A stretch of 64,000 nt of DNA from an uncultured Chloroflexia bacterium (GTDB lineage Bacteria > Chloroflexota > Limnocylindria > QHBO01). Each line of letters starts with the position of its first letter. Positions within the stretch are counted from its first letter, which is position 1. The position numbers and the translations under genes were made by a program. Positions 40,117 to 49,966 of the stretch are shown in pieces. The notes under the pieces were generated by a model, which saw nothing but the letters and a program-made list of their open reading frames with translations, had not been told where the DNA came from and made no database searches. Location: the NCBI GenBank assembly GCA_963827475.1, contig CAWHAZ010000002.1, positions 94,141 to 158,140 on the forward strand, written 5' to 3'.

Positions 40117-40499
40117 GACTGGAGCTTGCGCCAGCCTCCGGTTCGGTTGTGGCCGATGATCTCGCGGAACATGGCCAGCAGCGCCCGGCGGTTGATCGGC
40201 TCGCCCTGGTAGAGCTTGATCTGGCGGCCGGTGGTGGCCTCGAAGCCGCGGGTGATGATGCCTTCCGGGTCGGACACGAGCGGGTCATAGAGGAAGACGT
40301 TGACGTGGTCTTTGGTCGCCTGGAGGGCGGCGATGTTGCCCTGCAGCACGAAGTACGGCTGAACGGTCCGCTTGATGGTCTCCGCGACCTCAGGATCGGC
40401 CTCGTGGACGAGATCCCGGACCTCGTGGCAGATCGCCTGCTGCCATTCGGGGAGCGGGTCGATGTACGCGTCAACCCGTGGATCCTTCTCGTAGCTCAT
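40113..40499 (-). CDS. DUF1801-family protein
   Basis: DPRVDAYID.LPEWQQAIC..VRDLVHEADPEVAETIK, KDHVN. Confidence 0.8.
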   Translation of the reverse strand: MSYEKDPRVDAYIDPLPEWQQAICHEVRDLVHEADPEVAETIKRTVQPYFVLQGNIAALQATKDHVNVFLYDPLVSDPEGIITRGFEATTGRQIKLYQGEPINRRALLAMFREIIGHNRTGGWRKLQS

Positions 40500-40966
40500 C
40501 AGGTCAACTCCTCGCCGATGTCCTCGTACCAGATCTCGGGATGGTCGGCGATGAACGCCTGCATCAACTCGACGCATTCGGCGGAGTCGAGATTGACCAC
40601 CTCCACGCCCCGGGATCGGAGGTAATCCTCGCCGCCCACGAACGTCCGGTTCTCCCCCATCACGACCCGCGGGATGCCGTACAGGAGGATGGCGCCGGTG
40701 CACATGTCGCACGGCGAGAGGGTCGTGAACATGGTCGAACCGCGGTAGACCGCGGCCGCCAGGCGACCGGCGTTCTCGAGCGCATCGGTCTCGCCGTGAC
40801 GAATGGCACTTCGGTCCTGGACGCGCCGATTTCGACCTGCGCCCAGCACGGTCCCGTCGTCGGCCACCAGCGCGGCACCGATCGGCACGCCCCCTTCGTC
40901 GCGGCCAATTCGGGCCTGCTCGATGGCGAGCGCCAGGAACTCGCGGTCGCGATCGCGCATGGTCAT
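40499..40966 (-). CDS. Nucleoside/cytosine deaminase (zinc-dependent)
   Basis: EGGVPIGA, HGETDALE, TLSPCDMC. Confidence 0.9.
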   Translation of the reverse strand: MTMRDRDREFLALAIEQARIGRDEGGVPIGAALVADDGTVLGAGRNRRVQDRSAIRHGETDALENAGRLAAAVYRGSTMFTTLSPCDMCTGAILLYGIPRVVMGENRTFVGGEDYLRSRGVEVVNLDSAECVELMQAFIADHPEIWYEDIGEELT

Positions 40967-40979
40967 CTAGCCTACCCGG

Positions 40980-41897
40980 GTGAGTCGGACCGCCGGACTG
41001 CTGCTGGTCGCCGTCTTTGTCCTGCTCGCAGGTTGCGAGCCATCAACCGAGCCCTCGCCCACGCCGAGCCCCTCGGTTGAGCCCTCGCCTTCAGCCTCGC
41101 CGACGGTGACGCTCAACCAGGAACTGCTCAGCCAGCGGCTGACCGTCCTCGTCGTGGGCCTCGACATGAACGATGAGCGCCGCGCGCCCGGGATCGTGGG
41201 AAACACCGACGCGCTGATGCTGGCGAGCGTGAACGCCGACCAGTCGGAGGTGACCCTCGTCTCGCTGCCGCGCGATACCGTCGACGTTCCGCTGGCCGAC
41301 GGCAGCGTCTGGCGCGCGAAGATCAACGGCCTGTTCGCTGAGCGCGGCATCGACACGCTGGTGCAAGCCATGGAGACGCTCTACGGCGTGCCGATCGACG
41401 GATACGTGCTGATCGACATGGACGACTTCCCGGTCCTGGTGGACGCGGTCGATGGGGTGACGGTCAACCCGCCGCAGCCGATCGTCGACCCACCGATCGG
41501 TCTCAACGTCCAGCCTGGCGAGCAGGTACTCAACGGCTCGACCGCGCTCAGCTACGTCCGCTCCCGTCTCGACCAGGACTACGGCCGGATGGGCCGCCAG
41601 CAGGAGGTGATCGCCAACCTGGTGGCGCGCCTGGTCGACCCCCAGACCGACGTCGACCTGGGCGAGCTCCTGCTGGGGCTCGACTCGCTCGAGACCGATC
41701 TGCCCCTCGAGGACCTCCCGACCCTGATTGAGATCGCCCGCCGAGCGGGGGGCGCGACCGTCCAGCGCATGCTGGTCGACCCTCCCGACTTGATCGTGCG
41801 GGAGGGGGATCTCGGCGACGGACGCGGCTACGTGCTGGTCCCCGACATCCAGGCGATCCGCGACGCCGTTACGAACCTGATCCCGCCGGAGGAGTAG
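40980..41897 (+). CDS. LCP (LytR-CpsA-Psr) family lipoprotein
   Basis: LLAGC; NTDALML, SLPRD, KIN, YVRSR..DYGRMGRQQ. Confidence 0.9.
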   Translation: MSRTAGLLLVAVFVLLAGCEPSTEPSPTPSPSVEPSPSASPTVTLNQELLSQRLTVLVVGLDMNDERRAPGIVGNTDALMLASVNADQSEVTLVSLPRDTVDVPLADGSVWRAKINGLFAERGIDTLVQAMETLYGVPIDGYVLIDMDDFPVLVDAVDGVTVNPPQPIVDPPIGLNVQPGEQVLNGSTALSYVRSRLDQDYGRMGRQQEVIANLVARLVDPQTDVDLGELLLGLDSLETDLPLEDLPTLIEIARRAGGATVQRMLVDPPDLIVREGDLGDGRGYVLVPDIQAIRDAVTNLIPPEE

Positions 41898-42667
41898 CGC
41901 CTTCCTGGCAGCGGGGGCACCAGTACACCCTGCGGGCGAGGTCGCTCCCATAGACGCGGGAGCGGATCACGGTGCCGCAGCGCCGACAGGGCCGGCCGGT
42001 TCGCCGGTACGCCCCCATCGGTCCCGGGCTGCTCGTTCTGGACGCTGGCTCTGAGCAGCCGGCGGGCGGTGGCGATGAGCCGCCTGAGCGTCGCATCGTC
42101 CAGCTCGCCGACGGGGTCAAACGGGGAGCTGCGCTCGGTCCACAACGTCTCGGCCCGCCAGATGGTGCCGATGCCGGCCAGCGCCCGCTGGTCGAGCAGC
42201 GCCTCCCCGATCGTCAGGCTGGCGCGCGACGGGTCGCGCAGGCGGCGGAGCGCTTCGACCTCGTTGAACGTCGGGGACAGGAGGTCCGGGCCCAGTGACG
42301 CCAGCGCCGGGTGGAACGACTCGGTCCGCTGCTCGAAGAGCTCGACGACTGGGGCGTCGAAGCACACGGCCACCGCACCGGGGACCTCCAGCACCAGCCG
42401 AGCCCGCGACTCGGGCATCCGCCACCGCTCTCCGGGCCGATAGCGGTGCCACGAGCCGTACAGCCTGAGGTGGGTACGGACCTCGAGGCCGTTCGAGAAG
42501 TGGATGAGCAGGTTCTTGCCCTGCGTATCGATGGCCGTGACGGTCGACCCAACCAGCCGCTCGGCCTGCGGCCCGGGCTGCCGCGCGCGTGCCGCCATCA
42601 CTTGGCGACCGATGAGGTACGGCCGCAGGCCCGCGGCTGTTCGGACGAGGGTGTCGCCCTCAGGCAC
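41869..42667 (-). CDS. nei: Fpg/Nei family DNA glycosylase (frameshift near 42020)
   Basis: MPEGD, GKNLL, HLRLYGSW, LLDQRALAGIG; zinc finger CRRC..WCPRCQ in shifted frame. Confidence 0.9.
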
Positions 42668-45600
42668 GGCGGAGCGTAAGCCCGCGGTAACCCGGGGTTA
42701 AGCCGGCCTCGAGAAGATCGTCGCGACGAACCGATGTTGAGACCGGCTCACCGTCCACTTTCTTAATGACCAGATCGCGAACCCGGCCGTCGGCGACGAG
42801 GCCGCGGAGGCCCGAAACGGCAAGCCGGAGCGCGTCGATGTCGTCCGCGGCGGGGAACAGCTGGAGCGACGCCCCGCCGCGCTCGAGGTACGCGACCGCG
42901 ACACCGTCGACCAGCACCACGTACGCGCCGGCCGCTCGCTGGAATGGCCGCCGATCGTCCTCGCCCCGGCGCGGCCAGGAGAGAGCGGCCCCGTACGGCT
43001 GGGCCGGGTCGGTGGCGGCGAGGAGATGGACGACTGGAGTGCCGACCTCAGGTTCGCGGACGGTGCGCAGCCGCTCGAGAGCTCCGGACAGTGCGAACTG
43101 GGCGGCGCCCAGTCCCTCGACGAAGTAGCCGCGCCGAATCCGTCCGGCCTCCTCCATCGCGCGCAGGATCGGGTACGTGGCGGCGAAGCCGCCCTCCACG
43201 CCCTCGGCGACGACGGCCTCCCTGGTCACGATCCCATGCCGCTCGAGCAGCGCGGTCGCCAGGGCGTGGGCACGCTCGGTCGTGATCACCCCCGGCGCGG
43301 ATGCCGGGGCGACGAGCGACCATCGCCCGGCCGCCTCGGGCGGGCCGAGGGTGGTCAGCCGCCCGGGACGGCGGCCGGCGTCACGTCCTGGGCGCTTCCA
43401 GCGCAGCGCACGGAGCGGCGCGAAGGTGTCGTTGGTCACCTCCCCCGCCCAGACCAGGTCCCACAGGGCGTCGAGGATGTCGCGGTCGGTGCCGCCGCCG
43501 GCTGCGGCGTAGACCTCGCGGTAGAACGAGGCTCCGCGGCCTCCCAAGTGCTCTCGGATCCGCTCGTGGCGTTCTGAGTTCGGGCGCTCCGCGCCAGGTT
43601 CGACCGCTGCCCGGCCCGAAGGCCGCAGCGCCTCCCGTCCCGGGCGGTACAGCACGATCCGCCCGTCGTCGCGGCCCAGGCTCCCCTGCCCGACCCACGC
43701 GACCTCCCCCATCGACCCGAGCTCGTCGAGCAGCCGCGGCTGGTAGCCACCAATCCGGGCCGGCAGCACGTCACGCTCGAGAACGCTGGCCGGGATCGGG
43801 ACGCCGGTCAGCTGGTCGATGACCTCGGCAAGCCGCTCGAGCGCCGCCTGCTGCGACACCGATGGGCGAGTCTCCCCGACCGCCGCGATCCCGTGCCATG
43901 CCGGCAGGAACCGGGCCAGGGCGGTCTGCTCGACCGGCTCGACTTCCCGGCGGAGGCGAGCCAGCGACCGCCGCCGCAGGAGACGCAGGACGTCCGGGTC
44001 GCACCATTCCCGCTCGACACCACCGGGCCGGAACTCCCCGCGCAGGACGGTTTCAGCGGCGAGGAGCCGTTCGAGGGCATCCTCGACAGGGGCGAGCGGC
44101 ATGCCCCAGCGTGCCGCGGGGGCCGAGGCGAGGAACGGTCCGTGCGTCCGACCCCAGCGGGCGAGGAGACCATCGAGCGCCTGGACGGCCGGATCGAGGA
44201 ACGCCGAAGGCACGCCGAGCGGCGGCTGAACCCCGAGCCCATCGCGGTAGCGGGCCACGTCTTCGATGGCAATCCACCGCTCCTCGCCCGCGATCCGGAC
44301 CTGGACAGCCCGCCGCGACCCTTCGAGCTCGGCCAGCCAACGTTCGGCGGCAGCCAACGCGCTGTCGGCGGCGCTCACAGCGCCGTCCTCGGTGCCGACG
44401 CGAACACGGGCGGCGGCCTCATCGGTCGAAAGGTCGCCCAGGCGCCGCAGGAGGTCATGGAGGCCATCGGCGGTCTTCGCCTGCCGGTCATCGGTCAGGG
44501 CCTGGAGGGAGAGCTCGAGGTCGGCGAGCGCCTCGGGATCGATCAGCTCGCGCAGCTCTTCCTGGCCGAGCAGCTCGCGGAGCAGGTCGCGGTCCAGGGT
44601 CAGCGCCTGCGCCCGCCGCTCCGCGAGGGGCGCGTCACCCTCGTACATGTAGAGCGCGACGTAATCGAACAGTAAGGAGCTCGCGAATGGCGAGGCTTTC
44701 ACGGTCTCGACCGAATGGACCGATATCTCCCGCCGCTGGACGCCAGCAAGCACCTCACGCAGGGCGGGCAGGTCGAAGACGTCCGACAGGCACTCCCGGT
44801 ACGTCTCGACCAGGATCGGGAAGCTCCCGTACCGCGACGCGATCGCGAGCAGGCCCGCCGCGCGCTGGCGCTGCTGCCAGAGGGGCGTCCGGGTCCCGGG
44901 CCGCCGACGCGGTAACAGCAATGCCCGCGCGGCGTTCTCCCGGAACCGGGACCCGAACAGCGACGAGTTCGCGACCTGGGCGATCACCAGGTCCTCGACC
45001 TCCTCCGGGTCGGGGAACAGGGCGTCCTCGAGGCCGTCGACCGCCGCATCGGCCTCCGGAAGGCGGATCGCGATGCCGTCGTCGGACCAGATGGTCTGGA
45101 CTTCGGTCCCGAGCCGCTCCCCCAGCCGGGCCTCGATGGCCAGCGTCCAGGCGGCGTGGACCCGGCCGCCGAACGGCGAGAGGAGCACCAGCCGCCAGTC
45201 CCCCAGCTCGTCGCGGAACCGCTCGACGACGATCCGCTGATCGGTCGGGACGGCGCCCGCGACCTGCCGCTCCTCTTCGAGGTAGGCGACGAGGTTCTCA
45301 GCCGCAAGCGCGTCGAGGTCGTTCCGCTCGCGCAGGCGGGCGAGCGCCGCCCGACGCCCACGTGCGCCGCGGGCGAGATCGGTCTCGAGCTCGCGGGTCA
45401 GGGCTCCCACCGCGCGCCCGACCTCGATCGGCCGCCCAAGGGCATCGCCCTTCCAGAACGGCAGCTTGCCGGGCTCGCCCGGCGCCGGGCTGACGAGCAC
45501 CTGGTTCGGCTCGATGGCCTCGACCCGCCACGAGGTCGCGCCCAGCGTCAGCACCTCGCCGGTCCGGGTCTCATAGACCATCTCCTCGTCCAGCTCGCCG

Positions 45601-47231
45601 ACCTGGCGGCCCGGGGTGCCGGGCTCGCCGACCATCCGGACCGGGAAGAGGCCGCGATCCGGGATCGTGCCACCGCTGGTGACCGCCACCACCCGGGCGT
45701 CGCGCCGACCCTCGACGACATCGGTCACCCGGTCCCAGACCACCCGCGGGCGCAGCTCGGCGAACTCATCGGAGGGATAGGCCCCGGCCAGCATCCCGAG
45801 CACGCCCTCGAGGACCTCGCGCGACAGCGTCTCGAAGGGTGCCGCCCGGGTCACGATCCCGTGCAGCTCGTCCACCGTGTATCGGTCCATGACGGTCATC
45901 GCGACCAGCTGCTGGGCGAGCACGTCGAGCGGGTTGCGGGGCAGGCGCGTCTCCTCGATCTCGCCGGAGTGCATCCGCTCGGTCACGACCGCGCACTCCA
46001 GCAGGTCGCCGCGGTACTTCGGGAAGATGACGCCCTTCGACGGCGCGCCCACCTGGTGACCGGCGCGACCGATCCGCTGGAGCCCACGGGAGACCGATGT
46101 CGGCGACTCCACCTGCACCACCAGGTCCACCGCCCCCATGTCGATCCCGAGCTCGAGCGAGCTCGTCGCCACCAGCGCCGGCAGGTGGCCGTTCTTCAGC
46201 TCCTCCTCGATCGCGAGCCGCTGCTCGCGGGCAATCGAGCCGTGATGGGCCCGCACGAGATCCTCGCCGGCCAGCTCGTTGAGGCGCTGGGAGAGGCGCT
46301 CGGCCAGCCGGCGGCTGTTGGTGAAGACGATGGTGGACCGATGCTCGCGAATGAGCTCCAGGATCCGGGGGTGGATCGAGGGCCAGATGCTCGTTCGCGC
46401 CTCCGGCGAGGTGGCCGGCCCGCCGGGCTGCTCTTCGGGAGGCAGGACCTCGCCCAGGCGGGCCATGTCCTCGACCGGCACCACCACCTGCAGGTCCAGG
46501 AGCTTGCGGGTGCCGACGTCGACGATCGCGACCTCGCGCCCGGCACCGGAGCCGCCGAGGAACCGGGCGATGGTGTCGAGCGGCCGCTGGGTCGCGGAGA
46601 GGCCGATTCGCTGGGGCGCGGAGGCGCCCTCAGGCCGGAGCTGCTCGAGACGCTCGAGGCTGAGCGCCAGGTGCGCCCCGCGCTTCGTCCCGGCGATGGC
46701 GTGGACCTCGTCCACGATGACGTGCTCGACGCCGCGGAGGATGTCGCGGGCCTGGCTGGTCAGGATCAGGTAGAGGCTCTCCGGGGTCGTGACCAGGATG
46801 TCGGGCGGGTGCCGGACGAGCCGCCGCCGGTCCTCCTGGGGCGTGTCCCCGGTCCGGGTGGCCACCGTGATCTCCGGCCTCGGCTCGCCGAGGCGTTCCG
46901 CCGCCAAACCGATGCCGGCGAGTGGCGCGCGCAGGTTGCGCTCGATGTCGTAGGCAAGCGCCTTCAGCGGCGAGACGTACAGGACCCGAACGGTCCCCGG
47001 TTGCACATCACGCGGCCGGGGGTCGCGAGCCAGCCGGTCGAGCGTCCAGAGGAAGGCCGCCAGGGTCTTGCCGCTGCCGGTCGGGGCGTGGATGAGCGTG
47101 TGATGACCCTGGGAGATGGCCGCCCAGCCATCGGTCTGGGCCGCGGTGGGAGCCTCGAACGTCGCCGCGAACCACTCCCGAACAGCGGGGCTGAAGGGTG
47201 CGAGGGGCTCGGCGGCGGGCGGCGCGACCAC
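42660..47231 (-). CDS. lhr: Lhr-family ATP-dependent helicase, long form
   Basis: APTGSGKT, SPLKAL, DEVH, GLSAT, ATSSLELGID, QRIGRAGH; C-term LVWAGEVTND, RRGYFVEGLGAAQF. Confidence 0.95.
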   Translation of the reverse strand: MVAPPAAEPLAPFSPAVREWFAATFEAPTAAQTDGWAAISQGHHTLIHAPTGSGKTLAAFLWTLDRLARDPRPRDVQPGTVRVLYVSPLKALAYDIERNLRAPLAGIGLAAERLGEPRPEITVATRTGDTPQEDRRRLVRHPPDILVTTPESLYLILTSQARDILRGVEHVIVDEVHAIAGTKRGAHLALSLERLEQLRPEGASAPQRIGLSATQRPLDTIARFLGGSGAGREVAIVDVGTRKLLDLQVVVPVEDMARLGEVLPPEEQPGGPATSPEARTSIWPSIHPRILELIREHRSTIVFTNSRRLAERLSQRLNELAGEDLVRAHHGSIAREQRLAIEEELKNGHLPALVATSSLELGIDMGAVDLVVQVESPTSVSRGLQRIGRAGHQVGAPSKGVIFPKYRGDLLECAVVTERMHSGEIEETRLPRNPLDVLAQQLVAMTVMDRYTVDELHGIVTRAAPFETLSREVLEGVLGMLAGAYPSDEFAELRPRVVWDRVTDVVEGRRDARVVAVTSGGTIPDRGLFPVRMVGEPGTPGRQVGELDEEMVYETRTGEVLTLGATSWRVEAIEPNQVLVSPAPGEPGKLPFWKGDALGRPIEVGRAVGALTRELETDLARGARGRRAALARLRERNDLDALAAENLVAYLEEERQVAGAVPTDQRIVVERFRDELGDWRLVLLSPFGGRVHAAWTLAIEARLGERLGTEVQTIWSDDGIAIRLPEADAAVDGLEDALFPDPEEVEDLVIAQVANSSLFGSRFRENAARALLLPRRRPGTRTPLWQQRQRAAGLLAIASRYGSFPILVETYRECLSDVFDLPALREVLAGVQRREISVHSVETVKASPFASSLLFDYVALYMYEGDAPLAERRAQALTLDRDLLRELLGQEELRELIDPEALADLELSLQALTDDRQAKTADGLHDLLRRLGDLSTDEAAARVRVGTEDGAVSAADSALAAAERWLAELEGSRRAVQVRIAGEERWIAIEDVARYRDGLGVQPPLGVPSAFLDPAVQALDGLLARWGRTHGPFLASAPAARWGMPLAPVEDALERLLAAETVLRGEFRPGGVEREWCDPDVLRLLRRRSLARLRREVEPVEQTALARFLPAWHGIAAVGETRPSVSQQAALERLAEVIDQLTGVPIPASVLERDVLPARIGGYQPRLLDELGSMGEVAWVGQGSLGRDDGRIVLYRPGREALRPSGRAAVEPGAERPNSERHERIREHLGGRGASFYREVYAAAGGGTDRDILDALWDLVWAGEVTNDTFAPLRALRWKRPGRDAGRRPGRLTTLGPPEAAGRWSLVAPASAPGVITTERAHALATALLERHGIVTREAVVAEGVEGGFAATYPILRAMEEAGRIRRGYFVEGLGAAQFALSGALERLRTVREPEVGTPVVHLLAATDPAQPYGAALSWPRRGEDDRRPFQRAAGAYVVLVDGVAVAYLERGGASLQLFPAADDIDALRLAVSGLRGLVADGRVRDLVIKKVDGEPVSTSVRRDDLLEAGLTPGYRGLTLRRA

Positions 47232-47276
47232 GGGGTGGCGAGTATAGAACCGAGCGCTGAATTTAGCCCAAACGTT

Positions 47277-47765
47277 CTAGCCGAATTCGCACTGCACGGT
47301 GACCTTCTTCATCGCCCGCTCGAGCACGGCGAGCTCCTTATCGTCGAGCTTTGCGACGAACAACTCGGCGACGCCCCGCAGATGAGTGGCCGCAGTTTCG
47401 GTCAGCCGGACGACACCCGCATCGGTCATCGCGACGATCACCCCTCGCCCATCGGTGTCGAGGTTGGATCGGGCGACCAGGCCCTCCTCGACCAGCCGGG
47501 CGACGCGGCGCGTCATCCCCGACCGCGAGATCAACGCCCGGTCTGCCAGCTCGGTCATGCGCAGGCTGCCGCCGGCCAGTGCCAGCTGGCCCAGCACGTC
47601 GAAATCCGCCACCGGCGTCCCGGTCTCCCGGATCAGATCCACGTCGAGCTGCCGCATGAGCGTGGAGTACGCCTGCAGGAAAGAGCGCCAGGCTGCCACT
47701 CCCCGATGGCCGGGCAACGCTTCTGCGATCTGCCCATCAAGAACCGCCGCGACATCGGTCTCCAT
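47277..47765 (-). CDS. MarR family transcriptional regulator
   Basis: AWRSFL, LRMTELADRALISRSGMTRRVARL, DGRG..MTDAG. Confidence 0.88.
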   Translation of the reverse strand: METDVAAVLDGQIAEALPGHRGVAAWRSFLQAYSTLMRQLDVDLIRETGTPVADFDVLGQLALAGGSLRMTELADRALISRSGMTRRVARLVEEGLVARSNLDTDGRGVIVAMTDAGVVRLTETAATHLRGVAELFVAKLDDKELAVLERAMKKVTVQCEFG

Positions 47766-47771
47766 AGATAC

Positions 47772-47814
47772 TTGCATCTGCAACTAGCCTAGCGTATGGT
47801 TGTTGCGGTCGCAA
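47772..47814. promoter_or_regulatory. Two TTGC-N4-GCAA palindromes between divergent marR and pirin
   Basis: TTGCATCTGCAA 47772-47783 and TTGCGGTCGCAA 47803-47814. Confidence 0.6.
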
Positions 47815-47846
47815 GTATATACAGCGGCCGAGAAACGGAGCACAAC

Positions 47847-48665
47847 ATGACCACCACAACGACCCAAACCGACCGCGAGGTCGTCCTGCTCGAGAAAGCC
47901 CACGTCCGGCCGATGATGGGACTCGGCGTCCTCGAGCCCCTCCCGTCAGCCCGGATCCCCTACGAGATGGTCGATCCCTACATCCTCGTGCACGAGGCCG
48001 TCGTCCCCATCACTCCCGAGTTCGGGCAGTTGGATACGACCCACCCGCACCGTGGGTTCGACAACCTGTGGTACGCGATCTCCGGCTCTGCGAGCACGGG
48101 TCACAGCACCGGACCGGGCGGATCCATCGAGCGGGCCACCCTTGAGACTGGCTCGCTCCTGATGCTGCGGACGGGGCGCGGTGTCCTGCACGCGGAGGGG
48201 GTCGGCCAGGACGAGCTCCGGGCCGGCAAGAGCGGCGAGATGCGCGGAGTGCTGTTCTGGGTCAACCTCGCGCGCAAGGACAAGGACGTGGAGCCGACTG
48301 CGCAGGTCCTGGAGGCCCGCGACATACCGGTCCGGACGGAAAGCGACGGCGTCGTTCGAGTCCTGGTCGGCGAGGGTTCGCCGATCGAGCTCGGGACGCC
48401 CGCGCTCATCCTGGACGTCGAGCTGCCGAACGGCGGCACCTTCACGACCACGGTCCCGTCCGGCTTCAACGGGTTTGTGTACCTCCTCGAAGGGGAGGCG
48501 ATCTTCGGCTCGAACGGACAGCGAGCAGTCCGTCAGGACATCGGCGTGCTGGGCGGCGGCGACATGCTGACCGCGACCGATGCCCAGCCAGCGACAAGGT
48601 TCATGCTCTTCGCCGGGAAGCCGTACGGCGAGGCGCCATTCTTCAATGGACCGTACGTCGACTGA
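47847..48665 (+). CDS. Pirin family protein
   Basis: DPYILVH, HPHRGF, GRGVLHAE, WVNL, GKPYGE...NGPYV. Confidence 0.88.
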   Translation: MTTTTTQTDREVVLLEKAHVRPMMGLGVLEPLPSARIPYEMVDPYILVHEAVVPITPEFGQLDTTHPHRGFDNLWYAISGSASTGHSTGPGGSIERATLETGSLLMLRTGRGVLHAEGVGQDELRAGKSGEMRGVLFWVNLARKDKDVEPTAQVLEARDIPVRTESDGVVRVLVGEGSPIELGTPALILDVELPNGGTFTTTVPSGFNGFVYLLEGEAIFGSNGQRAVRQDIGVLGGGDMLTATDAQPATRFMLFAGKPYGEAPFFNGPYVD

Positions 48666-48688
48666 CGCACCCGCCTACCTCTCCCTAC

Positions 48689-48716
48689 TTGACAGATCGG
48701 TAGGAATTCCTACGAT
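48689..48716 (+). promoter_or_regulatory. Leaderless sigma70 promoter with a 14-bp palindromic operator
   Basis: TTGACA-16-TACGAT, ATG 6 nt later; GTAGGAATTCCTAC at 48700-48713. Confidence 0.8.
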
Positions 48717-48722
48717 AGCGGT

Positions 48723-48944
48723 ATGAAGGCGGTCGTATCCGAAAAGGGACAGGTCACGATTCCCAAGGAGCTGCGCACCCGCCTCGGCATTCGCCCGGGC
48801 GCGGTGCTCGACTTCGAGGCCGATGGCGGCCGCCTGGTCGCCCGCAAGGCCCAGGTCACCGATCCGGTTGATGCCGCATGGGGCATCCTCTCCCTGGACG
48901 AGTCGGTGGACGAGTTCATCGACCGGATCCGCGGCAGCGGATGA
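48723..48944 (+). CDS. AbrB/MazE/SpoVT-type antitoxin
   Basis: VSEKGQVTIPKELRTRLGIRPG. Confidence 0.9.
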   Translation: MKAVVSEKGQVTIPKELRTRLGIRPGAVLDFEADGGRLVARKAQVTDPVDAAWGILSLDESVDEFIDRIRGSG

Positions 48945-49343
48945 TCACTGCGGTTGACACCAACGTCCTGCTCGACGTGTTCCTGGCCGATCCTCGGTAT
49001 GGCCAGGCATCCCGCGACGCGCTCCGGCGCTGCCGGGCCGAGGGGAGCCTGGTCGCCTGTGAAGTTGTTTGGGCCGAGGTAACTGCTGCGTTCGGCAACG
49101 CGCTGACCGCCGAGGAGGCAATCGACGGACTCGAGATTACGTTTGATGCCCTGGACCGAGCGACAGCACTCGCCGCGGGATTGTCGTGGCGGCGGCTATC
49201 GGTCTCGCGGAGGAACGCGGCGCCGGGTGCTGCCGGACCTGATCATCGGCGCGCACGCCATGGCCCGCGCTGAGCGTCTGCTGACTCGCGACCGTGGCTT
49301 CTACCGCTCCTCGTTCGCCAAGTTGCGCATTCTCGAGCCGTGA
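48941..49343 (+). CDS. VapC/PIN-domain toxin (frameshift near 49190)
   Basis: MITAVDTNVLLD, VWAE; RVLPDLIIGAHA..LLTRDRGFY in shifted frame. Confidence 0.88.
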
Positions 49344-49346
49344 GGG

Positions 49347-49943
49347 GTGATCCTTGATCGGCTGACCGGACCGATCCGCCGATGGCTCTATGCCGGCGGA
49401 ACGCGCCAGGATCGACTGCGCGACCCGGATGCGGTGGTGGCGGCCCTTGATGTCAGACAGGGCATGGTCGTCGGCGATCTGGGTCCAGGAGCGGGACACT
49501 TCACACTCCGCCTCGCCAGAGCCGTAGAGCCAGGCGGCGTGGTGTACGCCCTTGACGCGAGCCCCGGCACGCTCGACGACCTGCGCCGCGCGGCCGACGA
49601 TCGTGGCATCACGACACTCCGGGCGGTGCGGGTGCGTCGCGACCGCCTGGAGATCCCCGAGCCGGTGGACCTGCTGTTCGTGTCAGCGACCTACCACCAT
49701 CTTCCCAACCCCCCGCGGTATTTCGCGGACGCGCGGCAATACCTTCGGTCCGGGGCGAGGGTGGCGATCCTCGAGTCGCGGCGGGAGGGACTGCTTGAGC
49801 GCTGGCGTGGCCGCCATGGCTCATCGCCGCCGCGCGTGCAGCGCGCCATGGCCGAGGCCGGATATCGGCTCACGGAGACCCACGACTTCGTCCGCGGCCA
49901 CTGGTTCGGGCTGTTCGAGGTCGTCCAGGCGGACCAGCGCTAG
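49347..49943 (+). CDS. Class I SAM-dependent methyltransferase
   Basis: VGDLGPGAGHF, VYALD, VDLLF..TYHH. Confidence 0.82.
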   Translation: MILDRLTGPIRRWLYAGGTRQDRLRDPDAVVAALDVRQGMVVGDLGPGAGHFTLRLARAVEPGGVVYALDASPGTLDDLRRAADDRGITTLRAVRVRRDRLEIPEPVDLLFVSATYHHLPNPPRYFADARQYLRSGARVAILESRREGLLERWRGRHGSSPPRVQRAMAEAGYRLTETHDFVRGHWFGLFEVVQADQR

Positions 49944-49966
49944 CGGCTCCGCTCAGGTTTCGGTCG

